From contig NC_068985.1 of NCBI RefSeq assembly GCF_001194135.2, forward strand, positions 126,980,446 to 127,044,445: a DNA stretch of 64,000 bases, given 5' to 3'. Positions 58,416 to 64,000 of the stretch are shown piece after piece. The DNA comes from Octopus bimaculoides (Eukaryota). The notes beneath the pieces are model-generated. The model was not told the origin of the DNA. It saw only the letters and a list, made by a program, of their open reading frames with translations, and did not search any database. Made by a program: the position numbers and the translations under genes. Position 1 is the stretch's first letter, and each line of letters starts with the position of its first letter.

Positions 58416-59560
58416 ATTATTATTATTATTATTATTATTATTCAGTAGTTTTATTTTTATAACGTGCTTTCACTTCACTACCGAGCGCAGCTCTGTGCGC
58501 CTTGGGTATGTGCTGTGGTTTGCTGTGGTGCTCTTATGTTTACTGTATTGAAAGTGTTTTGCGTAGAATGTGTGCAGTACCCAGTAGTGCAATTTTCTGT
58601 ATGTTATATATATTTGTAAGTCCTGGTGTTTTTGTTATGTATTTGTCTGAATATTTTTTTATTATACCTAAGGCACCTACTATGATNNNNNNNNNNNNNN
58701 NNNNNNNNNNNNNNNNNNNNNNNNNNNNNNNNNNNNNNNNNNNNNNNNNNNNNNNNNNNNNNNNNNNNNNNNNNNNNNNNNNNNNNNNNNNNNNNNNNNN
58801 NNNNNNNNNNNNNNNNNNNNNNNNNNNNNNNNNNNNNNNNNNNNNNNNNNNNNNNNNNNNNNNNNNNNNNNNNNNNNNNNNNNNNNNNNNNNNNNNNNNN
58901 NNNNNNNNNNNNNNNNNNNNNNNNNNNNNNNNNNNNNNNNNNNNNNNNNNNNNNNNNNNNNNNNNNNNNNNNNNNNNNNNNNNNNNNNNNNNNNNNNNNN
59001 NNNNNNNNNNNNNNNNNNNNNNNNNNNNNNNNNNNNNNNNNNNNNNNNNNNNNNNNNNNNNNNNNNNNNNNNNNNNNNNNNNNNNNNNNNNNNNNNNNNN
59101 NNNNNNNNNNNNNNNNNNNNNNNNNNNNNNNNNNNNNNNNNNNNNNNNNNNNNNNNNNNNNNNNNNNNNNNNNNNNNNNNNNNNNNNNNNNNNNNNNNNN
59201 NNNNNNNNNNNNNNNTTTCATTATGTGTTTTTGGTAATTTCTGGTGGGGAGGCTTTGGTCTTGTGCAGCAATTAAAAATCCTTCAGTCTCTGCTTTGAGT
59301 CCTGAGCTTCTCAGCCATTGCTGGGATTTTTCTCTGTCTATTTCTTTCGCATTTAGTTTAGCCCAGTATTTACCATGTAGGGGCTTTTCTTGCCATCGTT
59401 TTATCATGGTCCGTTGCTGTTCTAGTTTTAGTTTGGATTTCATTTGTTTTATAGCTTTTGTTGTTTCTTCTTCTTCTTCTTCGTATTTGTTAGGTAGATT
59501 GATTTCTTGTTTGTATTTGTCAGCTTTATTATTATTATTATCATTATTATTATTATTATA
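58416..59560 (-). mobile_element. R4/Dong-type (RLE) LINE 3' portion embedded in (TAA)n, with a central gap
   Basis: IKRWQEKPLHGKYW...WLRSSGLKAETEGFLIAAQDQSLPTRNYQKHIMK at 59216-59420 and IVGALGIIKKY...IQKIALLGTAHILRKTL at 58550-58686; (ATT)n at both ends. Confidence 0.85.
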
Positions 59561-60677
59561 AGTCAATGAGTCATTAGCATGCCAGACAATATGCTTAGTG
59601 GCATTTCTTCCAGCTCTATGTTCTGGGTTAAAACTCCACTGCGATTAATTCTGCCTTTTATCCTTTTATGTCTTACAGTAAGTACCAGTTGAGTACTGGG
59701 GCCAGTTTAATTAACTAGCCCTCTACCCTAATAAAATTCCAGATCTTGTGTTTATAGTAGAATTAATTATTTTAATTTCACTAGTGCATGCTAATTTAGT
59801 TGGCAGGTATTTTATCTTGAAGGTTTGGCAACAACAAGTTTCCTCAAATTTCAAGAATTCTTCTGAGGATTTTTGCAGAATATAGGATGGTACTTTCCTG
59901 CTGGTTGGCAATTAGAGTTTCAATTCCTATTTCTTTCAGTCAAGCCAAATGAAATTGTAGTCAAGGCCGATGCTGGTGTCACGTGACTAGCACTCATGCT
60001 GGCGGCACATAAAGAGCACCTTTCAAGCATTGGGCTTCACGGAGGCAATGACCAAGAGCCATCAAGCTGAGCAAAATCACAATCATGGTAAATATTGGTG
60101 TCACACAAATGGCACCTGTGCCAGTGGAACATAAAAGCTCCGATTACACTCCTGGAGTGGTTGGCATTAGGAAGGGTATCCAGCCTTAGAAAACCATACC
60201 AAATCAGACTGGAGTCTGGGACAGTCTTCCAGCTTACTAGCCCCTGTCAAAACATGCAATCCATGCCAGCATGAACAATGGATGTTAAATGATGATGATG
60301 ATGACAATGATGTTATATATATATGCACAAACACACATGTATATACACACATACCTCAGTACTAAGGACTAAAAGGGGAAACATTGGTCTAACAAAGCCA
60401 ATGGGCTGTAGGTACTGACACTAAGGTTCAGTTACGTTAGGAGGGGCTAATATCAACAGTTACAATATGAAAGACAGAGGAATAAATACAGTACTGTACT
60501 TTTAATCAAGCAGACTATCCAATTTGACACTGTATATATACAGTATAATATAGTTAATTCAACATTTTAAATTTAAAATCAGGCTTACAATGGATGGTGA
60601 AGAGGTTTTGTTATGCCGTGATCTTGTCTGCTGCGTCCAGAATTCATTAAAGGGAGGTCCATAGTACCGAGGTAAGA

Positions 60678-60750
<73 letters not shown>

Positions 60751-62708
60751 TCTGCCAAATTGGATTGGAGCCTGGTGTTGCCATCCGGTTTCACCAGTCC
60801 TCAGTCGAATCGTCCAACACATGCCAGCATGGAAAGCGGACGTTAAACGATGATGATGATGATGATGATATACATACACACATTTATATACATATATATG
60901 TATAAAATAGCCATTTATGTATCTTACGTATTGTAAAAACACCCTCAATAGGCCACTTAGTGAAGTATTTGTCATGAGATACAATCTTTTATGAACTTAA
61001 TGTGTTAAGAACACAATAAGTGTCATTAATATTAAATTTCTTCTACTAGTTACAGCAGCAAGTTGTTTCAACCTTGTAATATTGATATGCAGTTAGGTAA
61101 CAGAACTATTTAAGACTCAAGTGTTATATATATCTATATGTGAAGCATTGTTGTGGTTGTCACTGTCACTACTGCCATCATCATCATCATATATGGTCTA
61201 CTTTTACATACTTGCATATGTCAGTTGTGAATTATGATGGGGCAGATTTTCTGCGGCCAGTTCGTCTTCTTGTAAATGACTCTCACTTGTTTCAAAGTAA
61301 GAAAATACCATCCCTTGTCCTTCGAACACAAACTCTCAATTGCTGGACATGTTTACATGAAACACTGTAGGCAACACTGCCTTCTTTGTCTGTGAACAAA
61401 AGCTTATTTTTAATCAAGATGTCAGCATATAAATGTCAAGACAAGAGGGAAGACACAAATACACACACTCGAATAACTTCTTACAGTTTCCATCAACCCA
61501 TTCACCAAGAAGTCATTACACAGCCTATGGCTATGGTTTCTTTAGTCAAGCTACTTTCATGGACTCCCACAACTCTCTGTTACCATCTAACTCCATTATT
61601 ATGAATTTGAATTGGGAACTTGACTCATAGTTAATCTTTCATTAGCTGATTACACATCTACGGACACCATCACTATGGATTGCAGTTACTCTCTTGATAG
61701 AGCTTGATGATCCTGACCATTGATCTTCAATGATTCCTCTGCTCAGCATCAATGTAAGAAGCACCATTGGCTCAGTCAAGCTCTCCCATTACCTCTTAAC
61801 AATTTGCCATGCTGCAGTCCCATGACTTTGCCATATCCCTAGCAGGGTGACTGAATGGGCATTATACTTTGCCAAAGGCAACCTGTAACTTTGCAGGGCA
61901 CAGCTATCACTCCATGAAGTATTTTCAAAATACCTGCATATTCAATGGCTATGGTAGAAGACACAAACTAACAGTGTTATTCAGGGAGAACAAATCAAAA
62001 CAACCTTTTTAACTTCATAGCTATGCCTCTGCCTATATATATGTATATATATATATATATGTGTATATATATGTATATATATATATGTGTGTGTGTGTGT
62101 ATGTGTATGTATATATATATCTATATATATATATATATATATAGATATATATATATATATANNNNNNNNNNTAGAAACTCTGCCAAATCAGACTGGAGCC
62201 TGGTGTTGCCATCCGGTTTCACCAGTCCTCAGTCAAATCGTCCAACCCATGCTAGCATGGAAAGCGGACGTTAAACGATGATGATGATATATATAAGATG
62301 ATAAATGGTATAAAGTCAGGATATTATATCTATCTTTTGTGTTCCGACTCCAGCCTCCCAGAACAAGTTGCAAGCTTATTGCTGGTTGTATTGGTACTGA
62401 ACGGACCCCTAAATATATTTTTCAAACCGATCTCTCTAAGATCTGAACATGTCCCTTGTTACCCTGCTTGACAGATGATGTGGTATGGCTGTTCTTCATA
62501 TTACAATTTTTGTTGGCCTTGTTCATGCCAACACCAAGCTAGTATTTGTATTTGACTTGTGAAATGAAAATCTGCAAGACAGATTCTATAAGCCAAGCCA
62601 ACTGGCAGGAGACTCAGGAGTAAATCAAGAATGAGATGGTTGGATAATATCCATAGTTTCAATTGATCATGCTCGAGAATTCAACTGGAAAGTTTAACTC
62701 CTAGCAAA

Positions 62709-62803
62709 GATGGATGGATGGATGGACGGACGGACGGACGGACGGACGGACGGACGAACGGACGGACGGATGGATGGGTGGATGGATGGATGACTGGATG
62801 GAT
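62709..62803. repeat. (GGAT)n(GGAC)n(GGAT)n compound microsatellite
   Basis: Directly visible. Confidence 0.95.
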
Positions 62804-63294
62804 AAATGGATATTATATAAATAACTTCTGACATAGACACAAGGTGGCCAAACATTTTCAAGGAGTGTGTAAACAATAAATTTGATTCCAGTGTTAGATG
62901 GAATTTTATTATGTCAAGCCTTAGATGGATGGCAAGCAAAGTTGACTCCCAATGAAGTTAGAAACTCAGAATGCAACAGATGTAACTAAACTCTGCAAGG
63001 CACTTTGTTTGACATACTACAGATTCTGTCAATTAGAATTTTAAGCTGCTTCTCCTATTTACCCTTTTTGTTACCATATTTCTGTTAATGTATGTTGTCT
63101 TTGTTTCAATTAATTTTTAAAATAATGAAACATTTAGTGAAATAACTTTCTAATAATTATGCTGGGGCCTGGAACAATTTAACATAAAATTTTGATAGCA
63201 AATTATAATTTAGACCACTTTAAGAGTAAGTTTGTGTCATAGAACCTGGGGCAGTCTCAGGCAAGTTGGTATCAAAAGGGTTAATTTCATTTTT

Positions 63295-63640
63295 CTGCCA
63301 CCTAACTGGCTCCTGTGCCAGTGGCATGTAAAAAGCACCATTTGAGCATGATTGTTGCCAGTGCTGCCTGATTGCTCCCGTGCCGGTGGCATGTAAAAAG
63401 CACCATTCAAGCATGGTCGATGCCAGTACTGTCTGATTGGCCCTTGTGCTGGTAGCATGTAAAAAGCTCCCACTACACTCTCGGAGTGGTTGGCAATTAG
63501 GAAGGACATCCAGCTGTAGAAACCTTGCCAGATCAGATTGGAGCCTGGTGCAGTCGTCTGGCTTGCCAGTCCTCAGTTAAACCTTCCAACCCATGCCAGC
63601 ATGGAAAGTGGATGTTAAACAATGATGATGATGATGATGG
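63295..63640 (+). mobile_element. RTE-family 3'UTR/tail fragment
   Basis: UTR repeat units, the CCCACTACACTCTCGGAGTGGTTGGC core and a (GAT)n tail. Similar tails occur at ~59960-60310, 60745-60870 and 62172-62290. Confidence 0.8.
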
Positions 63641-64000
63641 TGATTCAATTATTTACCTTTGCTGCTAAATGAAGAGGAGTGACTTTCTTGTGGGAAGTTG
63701 GCATGGGATCCACATGTAGTTCATTCAGCAAATAAGCAACAGACTGCAACTTTCCACTGTGTGCAGCTATGTGCAGCAGTTGATAGCCAAGTGTATCATG
63801 TTGATTTATGTCAGCCTGAAATGGAAGAAAGAAATATGGAAATCCTCTGGTTAGTAAGCAAAAGGAAGGTCTGTAATGATAATTATTTCAATCAATTATT
63901 AATTTCGTTTTTAGTATTTTTGTGTTTAACAATACATTTCAAAATTTCTTCAATCTCTAGAGCTCTATTTGTGTTTATATATATATATATATATATATAT

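Overview
AT-rich, intron- and repeat-rich animal genomic DNA with several N-gaps. The repeat landscape resembles octopus/cephalopod assemblies; this is an inference from recalled repeat families, not a database result. Two protein-coding loci are supportable, both on the + strand. (1) An intronless SENP1/2-like SUMO protease (peptidase C48) ORF at 9424-12051 has an intact His-Asp-Cys triad, an unusual ~435-aa extension after the catalytic domain, and an A25 tract 16 nt after the stop, so it looks like a retrogene. (2) An 11-exon NOL9/Grc3-type polynucleotide 5'-hydroxyl kinase spans 22578-44558. All junctions are GT-AG and phase-consistent, giving 543 aa. The start exon was not firmly located; a candidate lies at 18157-18335. 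The remainder is transposon-derived: RTE-type LINE 3' ends with a 66-bp minisatellite UTR, R4/Dong-type and CR1/L2-type LINE fragments, mariner, Tc1-like and Merlin transposase relics, several tRNA-derived SINE families, a TTAA/piggyBac-type MITE family and many fold-back elements. The most interesting non-standard signal is a tRNA-headed SINE-like element carrying a complete minimal type-I hammerhead ribozyme motif. One copy has a 14-bp target-site duplication and an inverted 5' copy of its own tail, which points to mobilisation by Penelope-like machinery (copies at ~49.9-50.3 kb, ~53.1-53.3 kb and a truncated one at 27.7 kb). No CRISPR array, rRNA or genuine tRNA gene was found. Repeat boundaries were read by eye and are approximate.
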